NCBI GenBank assembly: GCA_030594205.1
Contig: JAUVFR010000005.1
Location: forward strand, 2,306-66,305
Direction: 5' to 3'
Length of the DNA: 64,000 bases
Origin: Methanobacteriota archaeon
Lineage (GTDB): Archaea > Thermoplasmatota > Thermoplasmata > RBG-16-68-12 > JAJISG01
Shown here piece by piece: positions 44,341 through 54,400 of this stretch. Position 1 is the stretch's first letter. Each line of letters starts with the position of its first letter. The notes beneath the pieces are model-generated. The model searched no databases, had not been told where the DNA came from, and saw only the letters and a list, made by a program, of their open reading frames with translations. The translations under genes and the position numbers were made by a program.

Positions 44341-45324
44341 ATGGAAGCCGACGTGTTATTGCCCACGCAGGACGAGGATTCGTGCCCCGAGTGTCGGAGC
44401 TCCCACGTCATTCGTGATTACGTCCACGGCGAGCTGGTCTGTGAGAGCTGCGGCCTGGTGGTCAGCGAGTCACTCATCGATCCTGGGCCGGAGTGGTCCG
44501 GAACGGGCCAGGATGCGGCCAACAAGATTCGAACGGGGGCCCCCGTGAACGTCGCCTCCCACGACAAGGGGCTGACGACCGAGATTGCGCCCGGATTGCG
44601 GGACTCGCAGGGAAAACCCTTCCGGGAAGAGAACCGGCCTCAGATTTACCGCATGCGGAAGCTGCAGAAGCGAATGCGCTACGCCCAGGCCGGGGAGCGC
44701 AGCCTGGCGGAGGCCCTCATGGAGTTGGAGCGGATGACGTCCGTGCTGGGGCTACCCCGGCCGTTCCGGAACGAGGCCGCCCTCTTGTACCGAAAGGCCG
44801 CAGGGAAGGGACTGGTGCGCGGGCGAACCATCCTGGGGATGGCATCCGCCGCGATCTACGCCGCCTGTCGGTTGAACGGGGCGCCCCGCACCCTGGAGGA
44901 GATCTCTTCTACCCTCGGCATACGGAGACGCGAACTCACGTTATCCTACAAGGCCATGGGCCGAGGCCTCGGGCTCCGGCTTCCCCCACCCAGGGCGGAG
45001 GACTTCCTTCGGCGCTTTGCCAACCAATTGGGGTTGCCCCCCGCAGTTGAGGCCAAATCGCTGGAACTCGTGCGCGCCACAGAACGGGCCGAGCAATTCC
45101 ACTCAAAGGGTCCTTCGGGCACGGTGGCCGCCTGCATCTACCTGGCCTCCATCCTCCGGGGCCAGAAGGTGCCTCAGGAGAAAATCAGCCGCGTGGCAGG
45201 CGTTTCCGAGGTCACCATCCGGATTCGGTACACGAGCATTGCCGAACGCTTGGGACTCGAGCTCTCTCATCGCCACCGGTCGCAATCCTCGCCCTCGGAC
45301 CCGTTGCCCCCCGTTTCCGCCTAG
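44341..45324 (+). CDS. tfb: Transcription initiation factor IIB
   Basis: N-terminal zinc ribbon CPECRSSHVIRDYVHGELVCESCG, B-finger, two cyclin repeats. Confidence 0.95.
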   Translation: MEADVLLPTQDEDSCPECRSSHVIRDYVHGELVCESCGLVVSESLIDPGPEWSGTGQDAANKIRTGAPVNVASHDKGLTTEIAPGLRDSQGKPFREENRPQIYRMRKLQKRMRYAQAGERSLAEALMELERMTSVLGLPRPFRNEAALLYRKAAGKGLVRGRTILGMASAAIYAACRLNGAPRTLEEISSTLGIRRRELTLSYKAMGRGLGLRLPPPRAEDFLRRFANQLGLPPAVEAKSLELVRATERAEQFHSKGPSGTVAACIYLASILRGQKVPQEKISRVAGVSEVTIRIRYTSIAERLGLELSHRHRSQSSPSDPLPPVSA

Positions 45325-45953
45325 GCTCCCGTCGACGACGGAGACGCGAGGCCCTCTTCGTCCAGGAGGACGTTGCGTCCGTTCACCCGCACCCGGCCCT
45401 CGGCGAACAGCTTCACGACGTAGGGGAGGACCCGGTGCTCCACTTCCAGGATCCGGGCAGCCAGGGTCTCCTCCGTATCCCCGGGACGAACGGGAACCGT
45501 CTCCTGGTAGATGATGGGTCCTCCGTCCAGCGAGGCGTCCACGAGGTGGACCGTGCACCCGCTCACCTTCACCCCCCATTCCACCGCGTCCCTCTGGGCG
45601 TGGGTTCCGGGGAACGAAGGCAGCAGGGAGGGATGGATGTTGAGGATGCGGTTGGGGAACTGGTCGATGAAGTATGGGGTCACGAGGCGCATGAACCCCG
45701 CGAAGACCACGAGTTCCACATCGCGCTGACGGAGTTCCTGGACGATCTCCCTCTCAAAGGCCTCCCGACTGCGTCCCCGATGATCGACAAAAACCCAGGG
45801 AATCCCATATCGATCGGCCCGGCCGAGGACCGGAGCGTCTTCCTTGTTGGAGACCAGGATGGCCAAAGACACGTCGAGGTCCCGTCGCTCGACGGCATCG
45901 ATGAGGGACTGAAAGTCCGTGCCCCGTCCCGAGGCGAGTACCCCGACCTTCAT
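45321..45953 (-). CDS. purN: Phosphoribosylglycinamide formyltransferase
   Basis: MKVGVLASGRGTDFQSLIDA…NIHPSLLPSFPG (formyltransferase SLLP motif). The ORF-track 5' extension is discarded because it overlaps purH. Confidence 0.8.
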   Translation of the reverse strand: MKVGVLASGRGTDFQSLIDAVERRDLDVSLAILVSNKEDAPVLGRADRYGIPWVFVDHRGRSREAFEREIVQELRQRDVELVVFAGFMRLVTPYFIDQFPNRILNIHPSLLPSFPGTHAQRDAVEWGVKVSGCTVHLVDASLDGGPIIYQETVPVRPGDTEETLAARILEVEHRVLPYVVKLFAEGRVRVNGRNVLLDEEGLASPSSTGA

Positions 45954-45972
45954 GCGATTCATGCTGACCCAG

Positions 45973-47520
45973 TCAGTGTTTGAAGACGCGGACCCCGGTA
46001 AAGGCCATTGCCATGCCGTGCTCGTCGGTGGCCTCAATCACCTCGGCGTCTCGAATGGATCCGCCGGCCTGCAGGATGGCTGCGACGCCGCCCTTCGCCG
46101 CCTCGTCGACCCCGTCCCGGAACGGGAAGAAGGCGTCGCTGGCCAAGACGCTCCCCTGAGCTTCCTTCCCTGCCTTCCGAACCGCGAGGATGACCGCATC
46201 CACCCGACTGGCCTGCCCCCCGCCGAGCCCCACGGTCCGGTCTCCTTTCGCGAGGACGATGGCGTTGGACTTGAGGCTGCCGAGGACGCGATGGGCGAAG
46301 AGCATCCCGCGAATTTGGTCCTGGGTGGGAGGGACGCGGCTGACGACCTTCAGGTCCGCGGGCTCCAACGGGACGTGTGCGCGGGCCTGCACCAGCATGC
46401 CTCCCCGGATGCCCCAGGTTTGAATGGCGGGTTCCCAGGTGAGGGGCCGTCCCGTCCGCAGGGCGCGAAGCTTTCGCTTCTCCCGGAGTACCTTGAGCGC
46501 GTCGGCCGTGTAATCCGGCGCGATCACTCCTTCCACGAAGTGCGGCCTCAAGGCCTCGGCCGTCCTCTGGTCGATCGGGCGGTTGAAGCCGATCACGCAG
46601 CCGTAGGCCGATTTAGGATCCGTCTCCCGCGCCAGGCGGTACGCCTCGGGCAACGTGTCGGCGGTCGCCACCCCGCAGGCGTCCGTATGCTTGATGATGG
46701 CGGCGGTGGGCCCCTCGAACTTCATGGCGAGTTCGAGCGCGGCGTTGAGGTCGAGGATGTTGTTGAACGAGAGGTCACGACCGAAGAGCTCCTCCGAGGT
46801 GGCCACGGAGGTCCCGGTGAAGTTCGGGTCGCGGTAGAAGGCGGCCTGTTGGTAGGGGTTCTCCCCATAGCGGAGTTCCCAGGCGTGCTCGAACGCGATT
46901 CGTAGGTCCTTGGGGAAGGCGTTCGGGTTGTCCCCGACGAGACGGTTGTACAGGGAGGCCTCGTACCGGCTCGTGAGGGCCAATGCCTCCTCGGCCAGGG
47001 TCCGCCGGGTGTCCTCCGGGACGGATCCCTTCCCCGTCTCGAGCGCTTCGATGAAGCCGGCATACTGGGCGGGGTTGGTGAGGACGCTGACGTAGCGGAA
47101 GTTCTTCGCGGCCGCTCGGATGAGGGTCACGCCGCCGATGTCCATGGAGGCCAGGAGATCCGCCTCCCCAGACGCCTCGGGCGGGTCCAGGGGATAGAGG
47201 TTCACGGCCACGACGTCGATGGGAGCGAGTCCGCGTGCTTCCAGATCCTCACGATCGTCGGCCTCATCGCGTCGGGCCAGGATGCCCGCCAGGAGGGCGG
47301 GATGGAGGGTCTTGACCCGGCCTCCCAACATCTCCTCCCACCCGGTGACGTCGGCGGCTCGCCGGACCGGGATGCCCCGTTCGGCCAGGTGCAAGGCAGT
47401 CCCCCCGGAGGCGACGAGCGAATGGTCCCACGCGAGAAGTGCCTGGGCTAGCTCCTGCAATCCTTCTTTGTTGGAGGCGCTCAGGAGGGCTGTTCGGGAC
47501 CGTACCATCCCTATTACCAA
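45973..47520 (-). CDS. purH: Bifunctional AICAR transformylase / IMP cyclohydrolase
   Basis: MGS-like N-domain (ALLSASNKEGL…ASGGTA), AICARFT domain. Confidence 0.9.
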   Translation of the reverse strand: MVIGMVRSRTALLSASNKEGLQELAQALLAWDHSLVASGGTALHLAERGIPVRRAADVTGWEEMLGGRVKTLHPALLAGILARRDEADDREDLEARGLAPIDVVAVNLYPLDPPEASGEADLLASMDIGGVTLIRAAAKNFRYVSVLTNPAQYAGFIEALETGKGSVPEDTRRTLAEEALALTSRYEASLYNRLVGDNPNAFPKDLRIAFEHAWELRYGENPYQQAAFYRDPNFTGTSVATSEELFGRDLSFNNILDLNAALELAMKFEGPTAAIIKHTDACGVATADTLPEAYRLARETDPKSAYGCVIGFNRPIDQRTAEALRPHFVEGVIAPDYTADALKVLREKRKLRALRTGRPLTWEPAIQTWGIRGGMLVQARAHVPLEPADLKVVSRVPPTQDQIRGMLFAHRVLGSLKSNAIVLAKGDRTVGLGGGQASRVDAVILAVRKAGKEAQGSVLASDAFFPFRDGVDEAAKGGVAAILQAGGSIRDAEVIEATDEHGMAMAFTGVRVFKH

Positions 47521-47785
47521 CAGCCTATGGGGAGGGTCTAAATAACCTTTTCAGGCCCCCTCGAAGGCAGCCGTCTCGTGCCCGTCGAGGGTGGAAAGTG
47601 TGCCTGAACCATTCTGGTAAAGACTTATATGTCGTGCCCTGATAGATTTTGAATGGGTGTCGAATGGGCAACCTCCCCCCTCCTTGAAATCCCACCCATC
47701 CGGCACCTCATTTTTTCGTTTGGGCGCCCCCTCACGCGTTCCCCTGCGAAGCCTTAATCCACCCGCCGTGATGCGGTCGCCAGCG

Positions 47786-48670
47786 ATGGCCGAGATCCTT
47801 GATGGTCGCGTCTTGGCGCACGAGATCCAAGGCGATGTGGCAACCGAGGTCGCCCGCCTGGCGGACGAGGGAACGGTCCTCACCCTCGTCGCCCTCCAGG
47901 TCGGAGAAGACCCTGGGACCCGCGCATACGGACGTGTCCTTGCCCGGGCCTCCCGCGAAGTGGGGATACGGTTCGAGGCCCAGGAGCTTCCTGAGGAGAC
48001 GCCGCAAGCCGTTCTGCTCCGCGAGCTCGAGGCTCGCAACCGGGACCCTGAGATCCACGGGGTCCTCGTGCATCGGCCTCTGCCCTCCCACCTCGATCCG
48101 TATGCCGTCTCCGAAGCCGTCGCCCCCATCAAAGACGTGGACGGTCTTCATCCTCTCAACCTGGGGAAACTTCTCACGGGACAGCCGGGGATCATCCCGG
48201 CGACCCCTCTCGCGGTCCGTGACCTCCTCGTGCACTTCGGCCACGCTCCCCTCGGAAAGCACGTGGTGGTCGTGGGAAGGAGCGACATCGTGGGAAGGCC
48301 CCTCGCAGCGCTTTTGATGCAGAAGAACCCCGAGTCGAACGCGACCGTGACCGTCGCCCACAGCCGGACCAAGAGCCTGGATCGCCATACCCGCGCGGCC
48401 GACATTGTCGTCGTGGCCGTTGGTCGGCCAGGCTTCCTCCGAAAGGACATGGTTCGTCCCGGGGCCGTGGTCGTGGATGTGGGGATCAACAGCGTCCCCG
48501 ATCCCGAGCGACCGGGCAAGCGTCGGCTCGTGGGCGACGTGGCCTTTGCCGAGGTAGAGGCCGTGGCAGGCGCAGTGAGCCCGGTGCCCGGGGGGGTCGG
48601 TCCGGTTACCGTGGCCGCATTGCTTCGCAACACCGTCGAGGCGTTCGACCTGTCCATCCCCGGTTCTTGA
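47786..48670 (+). CDS. folD: Bifunctional methylenetetrahydrofolate dehydrogenase / methenyl-THF cyclohydrolase
   Basis: MAEILDGRVLAHEIQGDV…VVVVGRSDIVGRPLAALL…PVPGGVGPVTVA. Confidence 0.85.
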   Translation: MAEILDGRVLAHEIQGDVATEVARLADEGTVLTLVALQVGEDPGTRAYGRVLARASREVGIRFEAQELPEETPQAVLLRELEARNRDPEIHGVLVHRPLPSHLDPYAVSEAVAPIKDVDGLHPLNLGKLLTGQPGIIPATPLAVRDLLVHFGHAPLGKHVVVVGRSDIVGRPLAALLMQKNPESNATVTVAHSRTKSLDRHTRAADIVVVAVGRPGFLRKDMVRPGAVVVDVGINSVPDPERPGKRRLVGDVAFAEVEAVAGAVSPVPGGVGPVTVAALLRNTVEAFDLSIPGS

Positions 48671-48733
48671 AGGTCCGTGTTCGTCCCCCGGGAAACGTTT
48701 TAACGAGGCCTAAGCTAGAGGACCGGGGACCCT

Positions 48734-50056
48734 GTGAACGTCCTGACCGTCGGCGGGGGCGGCCGAGAACACGCCATTGTGGAGGCCGTTCGTGAGAGCG
48801 GAGGCACGGTCTTCTCGGTGATGAGGAACCGAAATCCGGGCATTGCTCGCGCCTCGAAGGACGTCCTCCTCGCCGACGAAACCAACGTAGAGCGCGTGGT
48901 CGCTTGGGCCCAAGAGGTGGGGGCGGCCCTGGCTGTGGTCGGACCCGAGGCTCCTCTTGGCCACGGACTCGTCGACCAGTTGGAGTCCGCCGGCGTGCCG
49001 ACCGTCGGACCGTCGCGGCGGGCCGCCCAGATCGAGCTATCCAAGGAGTTCGCTCGGGACCTGATGCGGCGACACGAGATTCCTGGGTTGGTGGAGTATC
49101 ACCCCTTCGACGACCTCGACGAGGCCCGGGGCTTTCTCCGGAACCACGTGGGTCCCTTCGTGGTGAAACCGATCGGCCTCACCGGGGGGAAGGGGGTCAG
49201 GGTGATGGGGGACCACTTCCAGACCCGAGAGGGGGGGCTTCGCTACGTGGAAGAGGTCCTGGAGAAGCGCATCGGGAGCCAGGCCCGGGTCCTCGTCGAG
49301 CGCAAGGAGGAGGGGGAGGAGTTCTCCCTCCAGGCCTTTACCGACGGGGAGCACCTCGCACCCATGCCCGCGGTTCAGGACTACAAGCGCGCGCAGGAGG
49401 GGGATCGGGGACCCAATACGGGCGGCATGGGTTCCGTGTCGGTGGCGGACGGCTTGCTGCCGTTCCTGCCCCGGGATGACTACGAGGCGGCGGTCGAGAT
49501 CCTGCGTCGCACGGTTCGCGCACTCCGGTCCGACGGCACCCCGTTCAGGGGGGTCCTCTACGGGGGCTTCATCCTCACCGCGGAGGGTCCTAAGGTCTTG
49601 GAATTCAACGCCCGCTTTGGCGATCCTGAGGCCATGAACGTGCTCCCGGTCCTCCGGGAGGACTTTCTGGAAGTTTGCGAGAGCATTGTGGAGGGGACGC
49701 TGTCCGAGCGGCTCCTCTTCGCCCCGAAGGCCACGGTGTGTAAGTACGTGGTGCCCCGGGGATACGGCCGCAAATCCGAGGCGGGTCGCCCCCTCACCGT
49801 GGATGAGGACGCGATCCGGCGTGCGGGCGCCGTGCTGTATTACGCTTCAGTGGACGAGAAGGACGGAGCCATCCTGACCACTTCCTCCCGGTCCTTGGCG
49901 GTCGTCGGTGTGGCCGATAGCCTGCCGGAAGCCGAGCGCCAGGCGGAGACGGCGTTAGGACACATCGGAGGGGAGCACGTGGCGCGGCACGACATCGGGA
50001 AGGCTGAAACGATCGAGGCGAAGGTGCGGAAAATGAAGCAGATGCGGGTGGTCTAA
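48734..50056 (+). CDS. purD: Phosphoribosylamine--glycine ligase
   Basis: MNVLTVGGGGREHAIVEA, ATP-grasp domain. GTG start. Confidence 0.9.
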   Translation: MNVLTVGGGGREHAIVEAVRESGGTVFSVMRNRNPGIARASKDVLLADETNVERVVAWAQEVGAALAVVGPEAPLGHGLVDQLESAGVPTVGPSRRAAQIELSKEFARDLMRRHEIPGLVEYHPFDDLDEARGFLRNHVGPFVVKPIGLTGGKGVRVMGDHFQTREGGLRYVEEVLEKRIGSQARVLVERKEEGEEFSLQAFTDGEHLAPMPAVQDYKRAQEGDRGPNTGGMGSVSVADGLLPFLPRDDYEAAVEILRRTVRALRSDGTPFRGVLYGGFILTAEGPKVLEFNARFGDPEAMNVLPVLREDFLEVCESIVEGTLSERLLFAPKATVCKYVVPRGYGRKSEAGRPLTVDEDAIRRAGAVLYYASVDEKDGAILTTSSRSLAVVGVADSLPEAERQAETALGHIGGEHVARHDIGKAETIEAKVRKMKQMRVV

Positions 50057-50057
50057 C

Positions 50058-50699
50058 ATGGGCATGTTGGGCCCGACTCGACGCCGGGAACTGGAAGCCA
50101 TCCTGACCGGCATGGAGCAGGACTTGGAGGAGAAAGATGCGGTCCGAGAGCTGGCCCTCAAGTCCAGTCGCGCGGTGGCACGGCTCTCCGTGAGTGCCGT
50201 CGGGTCCCTCCACCGGGGCAAAGAGGTCGCCGGCCTCCTGGAGGAGGCCCGGGAGGAGGCAAGCCGGCTGGGAAGCCTTCTCAAGGAACATCCCGACCTT
50301 TACCACTCCGGGTTCGTGGAAAACGCCCATCAGGACATGACCGAGGCCGCGATCGCCTACAGCCTTCTCCGGGATACGCCCTTGCCCAGTCCGGACGAGC
50401 TTGGCGTGACGAGCCGGGCGTACGTCTTGGGCCTGGGGGACGTGGTGGGGGAACTGCGCCGATACGCCCTAGAGCGCCTCGGCAAGGGGGACGTCGAGGC
50501 GGCCCGCGAGTCCCTGGAGGCCATGGAGATCCTATACGAGGGTCTCATGCGTTTCGATTTCCCACGGGCGGTGGCCGCCGTCAAGCGCAAGCAAGACATC
50601 GCCCGAAGCCTCGTGGAGAAGACCCGGGGGGAGGTCGCCGTCGCGGTCCGGACTCAGGCGCTGGAGCGGAAGTTGGATGAACGGTTTGGGGAGGCCTAA
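50058..50699 (+). CDS. Translin-family protein
   Basis: All-helical 213 aa with …RAYVLGLGDVVGELRRYALE… as in archaeal translin/TRAX. Confidence 0.6.
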   Translation: MGMLGPTRRRELEAILTGMEQDLEEKDAVRELALKSSRAVARLSVSAVGSLHRGKEVAGLLEEAREEASRLGSLLKEHPDLYHSGFVENAHQDMTEAAIAYSLLRDTPLPSPDELGVTSRAYVLGLGDVVGELRRYALERLGKGDVEAARESLEAMEILYEGLMRFDFPRAVAAVKRKQDIARSLVEKTRGEVAVAVRTQALERKLDERFGEA

Positions 50700-51467
50700 T
50701 CAGCCCCCTCGACGCCGCCTTCGCAGGTAGGCGCCCACGAAGAGCGCCACGACGAAGACCGCGATGGCGCCGAGGATGATAAAGAGGGGGTTGATGGGCT
50801 CGGCTTCGATCGTGAACACAGCCCGGAGGACGACGTCGCCAGTGGCCGGGTCGATGATGCCGTCATCGCGGAGGTCCACCCGGACTTCCAGGGTATGGGT
50901 CCCGACACCCAGATCCACGGGCAGGTAGGAGAAGCTCACCGACTTCGTCTCGCCAGGCATCAGGCTGTCGATCTCCGTCTCCGCCACCTGCTGCTCGTTG
51001 ATGAAGAGGGCGACTGGGACGTTCCGGACCTCGATGGAGCCCGTATTTCGCACCTGGGCGGTGATCTCCAAGGGGACCAGAACCCGGATCTGTTTCGTGC
51101 CGGTGCCGAGGGCAAAGTCGCCCCCCTTGGTCGAATTGCCCTCCACCACCAATGTGACGAACTGGTCGGCGAAGGGCATCGTGACGTTGAACGCGAACGT
51201 GGAGTTCACGGACGAGAGGAAGAGGGGGTCGTCCTCCAAGGGGGCAGCGCCTGCCAGGTCCGGTCCCCTGAGGAAGGCCTGGATGGACCAGGTTCCGTTG
51301 TTCTCCCCCGGTCCGCCGGCCACCGTGGCCGTCATCTCCACGGTGGCGCCCGTCGCCAGGTCGTCAGGCCCCGCAACGAACACAGCCACGGATTCCTGGG
51401 CCTGCGTGGGGAGAACCGGAAGAAGCAGGAGCGCGAGGGCCAGCAGGGGGAGGAGTCTCGCGCTCAT
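50700..51467 (-). CDS. Secreted surface protein with CARDB-like beta-sandwich domains and C-terminal TM anchor plus poly-Arg tail
   Basis: N-terminal signal peptide MSARLLPLLALALLLLPVLPTQAQ. NxS/T sequons. C-terminal …LFIILGAIAVFVVALFVGAYLRRRRRGG. Its start overlaps the aglB stop by 4 nt, so it is co-transcribed. Confidence 0.6.
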   Translation of the reverse strand: MSARLLPLLALALLLLPVLPTQAQESVAVFVAGPDDLATGATVEMTATVAGGPGENNGTWSIQAFLRGPDLAGAAPLEDDPLFLSSVNSTFAFNVTMPFADQFVTLVVEGNSTKGGDFALGTGTKQIRVLVPLEITAQVRNTGSIEVRNVPVALFINEQQVAETEIDSLMPGETKSVSFSYLPVDLGVGTHTLEVRVDLRDDGIIDPATGDVVLRAVFTIEAEPINPLFIILGAIAVFVVALFVGAYLRRRRRGG

Positions 51468-54400
51468 CGGCGCCGCCTCCGACCACGGTAGGTGAGGAAA
51501 AGCACGGTGAGACCAATCGCGGCCGCGGCCAAGGCCCCGTATAGCAAGACCGGGAACTCCGGGGGTCCGAGTCGCACGCGCTTCCCCTCAACCTGGAGTT
51601 GGTCCGCGGGGATCTGGAGGGAAGGGAAGCCTACCGCGACGTCGAGTCTGGATTCCACTTCATCATCCTGCTCGGAGAACGCGAGGAAGGTGGCCGTGCT
51701 CGCACTGACGCGACCCTCGGCCTGCAGTCGGAGGGTGACGGGCCGGGACTCGCCGGCCGGGACCACGATGCCCGTGATGTTGTCAGGGGAGATCTGCCCC
51801 TCAAAGACGAGTTCCGCCCTCCACCCCTGGGCCGCCAAGACCTCGGAGTTGGTCAGGACGAGCTCGAAGGTGTCCCCCCCGTTCCCATCGTTCGTCACAT
51901 CGATCTGGTACGCGAGCTCCTCCGCCTCCAAGATCGGCGGATCCTCGCTCAAGTCGATGGTCAGGCCACGGAACTGGAGGACCTCGACGAACATCGTCTC
52001 CAGCGAGACCACGGACGGATCCGTCGTGGATCGGGCGACCACCGTGAGGGTCCCCTCCGGGGCCTTCGCGTTCTCCGGGGTGGCGATCTGGACCGTCACC
52101 TCGGCCGAGGTCCCTGTGCCAAAGGGCAGACTCACCCTCGAGGGCCGGAAGCTGAAGACCCAACCCGCGGGGCGTCCCTCGAAACTGAATGTGTCCGCCA
52201 GGTTCCCCGTGTTAGTGACCGTGATTCTGTACACGAAGGTCTCGCCTGGGGCGACGAGGGCTCGCTGGTCGGAGTCCCACGTGACCTCCAAGGTCCTCAC
52301 GTCCACCCGCGTGAGGAGAGGATTCAGGAGGGTGCTGTCCGCCAGGTGCACCCCCCTTTCGAATCGGTACTCCACGGGGACGCCCCCCTCATCCCGCCTC
52401 GCGAGGGCCAGGAGATCGTAGGCTCCTGCGGGCAGGTAGACCTCGTACCCACCTTGAGCATCCGTGGTGAAGCTGGCGCTGCCAACCAACGATCGGAACC
52501 CGAGCTGGGCCGTGCGGCGACTGCCATCGGAGAGGATGGCGACCCCGAAGATCCGATACCCTTGTTCCAACGGGAGGGCCAAGGTCGTGGGGCGGTCAGG
52601 GAGCACGTCCAGCTCGGCCAAGGCGGCGGAATTCCCGATATCACGGAAGGCGTAGACGTGGTACGTTCCCGGGGCCAGGTCGACCAAGAAGGGGGCGCCC
52701 GCGGGCACATCGACGGTGACGTTGAGGGCCGTCTCGTTGGCGGCCTGGAAGGCGACTCGGGCCGAGGTCAACTGTTCGCCCAGGAGAACCCGAAGCTCGA
52801 CCGCTCGTGTGTCCAACGTCCGCGCAAAGAGGAGATCGGCGGTGCCGTTCTCGGTAAGGACGATGGTCTGGTCCAACGTGTAGCGTACGAAACGGCTCAC
52901 CTCGTCGAGGCGATCCACGCCAACCCACTCCGCCGTGGCTCGGTATGTCGCCGGGACCAGGATGGTGCTGTATCCGTCCGATCCGGCGCCGGGCACGACC
53001 ACCTGGGCGCCGTCGGCTAACCGGGTGAAGGCGATGGAAACGTCGGGGGTCACCGTCTCGCCATTGACTTTCAGTTGACCCCTCAAGGTGGCCGCCGGCT
53101 GGAAGGTGGTATTGAATTCGGCGGGATTCGTCAGGTCGAGCACGGTGAGCAGGGCCAAGGGCGACGGGAGGTCGGTCGCGCCGGAGACGGTGTACTCTCC
53201 GGGCTCCAGATACACGAGGTACTCCTCATCGGACTTCACGAAGACGCGATTGGGACCGTCGAAGAGGACGGCCACTCCGAGGGGGCTCCCCGAGCTGATG
53301 GTTCCTCGAACGCGGACCCGCTCCAGCACGGGGAGACTGAAGGCCTCGACCCCACCGCCGACGGGCACGCGAAGCTCCGCCGCCTCCCCCTGAACGCGTC
53401 GACTTCCGTCCCCGGGCGGCGCCTCCGCGTCCACGACGAGGCGATAGATGCCCGGTTGGACGGAGGCGAGCACGCTTCCGAGGGCCCCCGTCGCCAAGGT
53501 GGCGGAGGCGGCACCGTTGCTGACGGCCTCGAAGGAGACATTCAAGCCCGAGAGATCCAGGGGCCCGAGGGCGGTGAGCTGACCCGCCACGGTCACGTTC
53601 CGGGCCAAGAGTTCGATGGGGGCCCGAGCCCCGAGGTCCCGGGGGGGCAGCGGGCCGACCGAAACGGGCTCGAAGGCCTCCTCGTCGATAGACCAGACGT
53701 AATCTGTGTTCTCAAGGAGGGTCGTTTCGAATGCGCCTTCGGTCTCGGTCAAGACGGTAAACGTGGGCGTCGTTGGCGTCGAGATGCGAACATGGATTCC
53801 CGACAGGCCCTCGCCGGGGTCGTAGCTCATGTTCCCGTTGAGATCGCGGAAGACGCGACCCGGCGCGACCACGCCGGGAGATAACGTGAGGTTTAGGTCC
53901 GTAGGCCCGCCCACCGTGACTGTGGATACCTGCTGTCCCGTGACGTTCAGGGCCACGACCTGGTACTGCGCCGTCGGCAGGAACGCGACGAAGGACCCGT
54001 CGAGGTCGGAGGTGACGGCGTGTCGGGCTCCTCCCCCCTCGAAGGTCACGGTGGCCTGGGCGGCGACGCCCCCCTGGCCCGTGACGCTGCCTCCGACCCG
54101 GTAGGCGGTCCGGAGGTTGAATTCGATGGTCTGGCTCCCGGGCCCGATCTCCACCAACCCGAGGAATCCGAAGGTCCGTCCCCCTGCGAAGTGGAGGGCG
54201 TAGGCGTCGTAGGTTCCCAGGGGCAACGCGGTGGCGAATCGACTGGCGGCGTCGCTGGTCACCAGCAGCTGATTGGCCTCACCCCGGCGTTGCAAGGCCA
54301 CGGTCACGTGAGGCGTCGGGGCGAAGGAGAGCAGGGTGCGGCCCGTCACCATTGCCTGTGGCTCGACCCGGAGGTCCAATGTCGCCTCCGACCCTCCGAC